This document shows positions 63,301 through 64,000 of a stretch of DNA of 64,000 bases, in pieces (position 1 is the stretch's first letter; every line of letters begins with the position of its first letter). The stretch comes from Bugula neritina (taxonomy: Eukaryota; Animalia; Bryozoa). The notes under the pieces are model-generated. The model worked only from the letters and a program-made list of their open reading frames with translations, had not been told where the DNA came from and did not search any database. The translations under genes were made by a program, and so were the position numbers. The stretch lies in assembly GCA_964035545.1 (NCBI GenBank), contig OZ037771.1, positions 9,676,480-9,740,479 of the forward strand, in the 5' to 3' direction.

Positions 63301-64000
63301 CACATCCAAGTACATCGTAATCTACGGACATGTACTGTAACATACTGAAACATACTGAAACATACTGCTACATTCTGAAGTACACTGTAAAATATTGAAA
63401 TACAATGCAACACATTGGGATATACTGCAACACACTGAAATTTACTGCAACATACTGCAACATACTGAAATACGCTGTAACATACTGTAACATACTGAAA
63501 TACACTGCAACAAACTGCAACATACTGAAGTGCACTGTACGTATTGAAAAGCACTGCAACACACATAAATATACTGCAAAACTCTGAGATATACTGCAAA
63601 ATACTGAAATATACTTCAACATACTGCAACATACTGAAAAACACTACAACTCACTGAAGTATAGTGCAATATACAGACATGTACTCTAACATACTGATAT
63701 TTAATGTTACACACTGAAATATACCGCAACATACTGAAATACACTGTAACATACCTAAATAAGCTGCAACATACTGCAACATACCGAAATACACTGTAAC
63801 ATGAAGAAATACACTGCAACACATGGAAATATACTGCAACAAACTGAAATACATTGCAACATATCGAAGTATATCGTAATATACGGACATGTACTGTAAC
63901 ATACTGAAACACACTGAAACATACTGAAACATACTGAAACATACTTCAACATACTGAAATACGCTGTAACATAATGAAATACACTGCAACATACTGCAAC
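57335..64000 (-). repeat. Long-range copies: ~57.3-61.9 kb repeats ~42.9-47.4 kb (offset 14480-14472); further repeats at offsets 5167 and 3059
   Basis: ORF pairs 43078/57558, 43529/58009, 44747/59227, 46493/60965, 55798/60965, 56603/61770, 60346/63405, 60557/63616. Confidence 0.88.

Larger units (their letters stand above)
10888..64000 (-). repeat. Satellite B main array, CA-rich orientation, >53 kb; runs off the right edge of the window
   Basis: Uninterrupted CAACATACTG / AAATAYACTG decamers. I saw no unique insertion and no further strand switch. Confidence 0.98.

Noticed and set aside
19534-63587. Recurrent + strand 60-70 aa ORFs (MKYNATHWNILQH...)
   Set aside because: They recur only because the underlying satellite module is duplicated; they mostly start at non-ATG codons and have no gene context.
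3069-63992. Hundreds of ORFs of 60-441 aa, e.g. 61888..63213, 32021..33313, 17722..18945
   Set aside because: They overlap in all three frames, flip strand exactly with satellite orientation, show no codon-level (3-bp) structure and resemble no protein family I recognise. They are translations of a stop-free decamer.
7495-64000. CRISPR-like array (recurring landmark motifs with variable intervals)
   Set aside because: The intervals are the same decamer satellite rather than unique spacers, the spacing is irregular, and there are no cas genes.
1-64000. tRNA, rRNA, promoters, terminators, and assignment to a named satellite family or species
   Set aside because: No non-repetitive sequence or recognisable RNA-gene motif is present, and TATA-like words are just monomer content. 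Naming the family needs a Dfam/Repbase/BLAST search that I cannot run.

Overview
The whole 64 kb window is eukaryote-type tandem satellite DNA. I find no credible gene, RNA gene, transposon or CRISPR array. Two ~10-bp-period families abut. Satellite A (1-3047) is built from AAATGTGCCT / AAATGTGCT-AAAA(A)GTGCCT units and carries the telomere-like core GCCTAA. Satellite B (3045-64000) is built from decamers CAGTATGTTG / CAGTRTATTT, read on the other strand as CAACATACTG / AAATAYACTG. B changes strand three times (7494/7495, ~10459, 10887/10888). The last two switches arise from a 3393-bp tandem duplication that copied the original fold-back junction. The long B arm is a patchwork of kb-scale in-register duplications (offsets 3179, 4647, 3328, 2229, 3726, 2678, 5577, 14480, 5167, 3059 bp) with at least two apparent gene-conversion tracts. 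The ORF track is an artefact: the TG-rich decamer strand has no stop codons in its consensus. The most notable observations are the hairpin-type inversion junction, microhomology at every junction, a monomer that is self-complementary through G-T/G-U wobble, strict 10-bp register conservation, and possible shared ancestry of A and B. I cannot demonstrate a new coding system. All coordinates and offsets were read by eye and from the ORF track, so block boundaries are approximate. The organism cannot be identified from the sequence.
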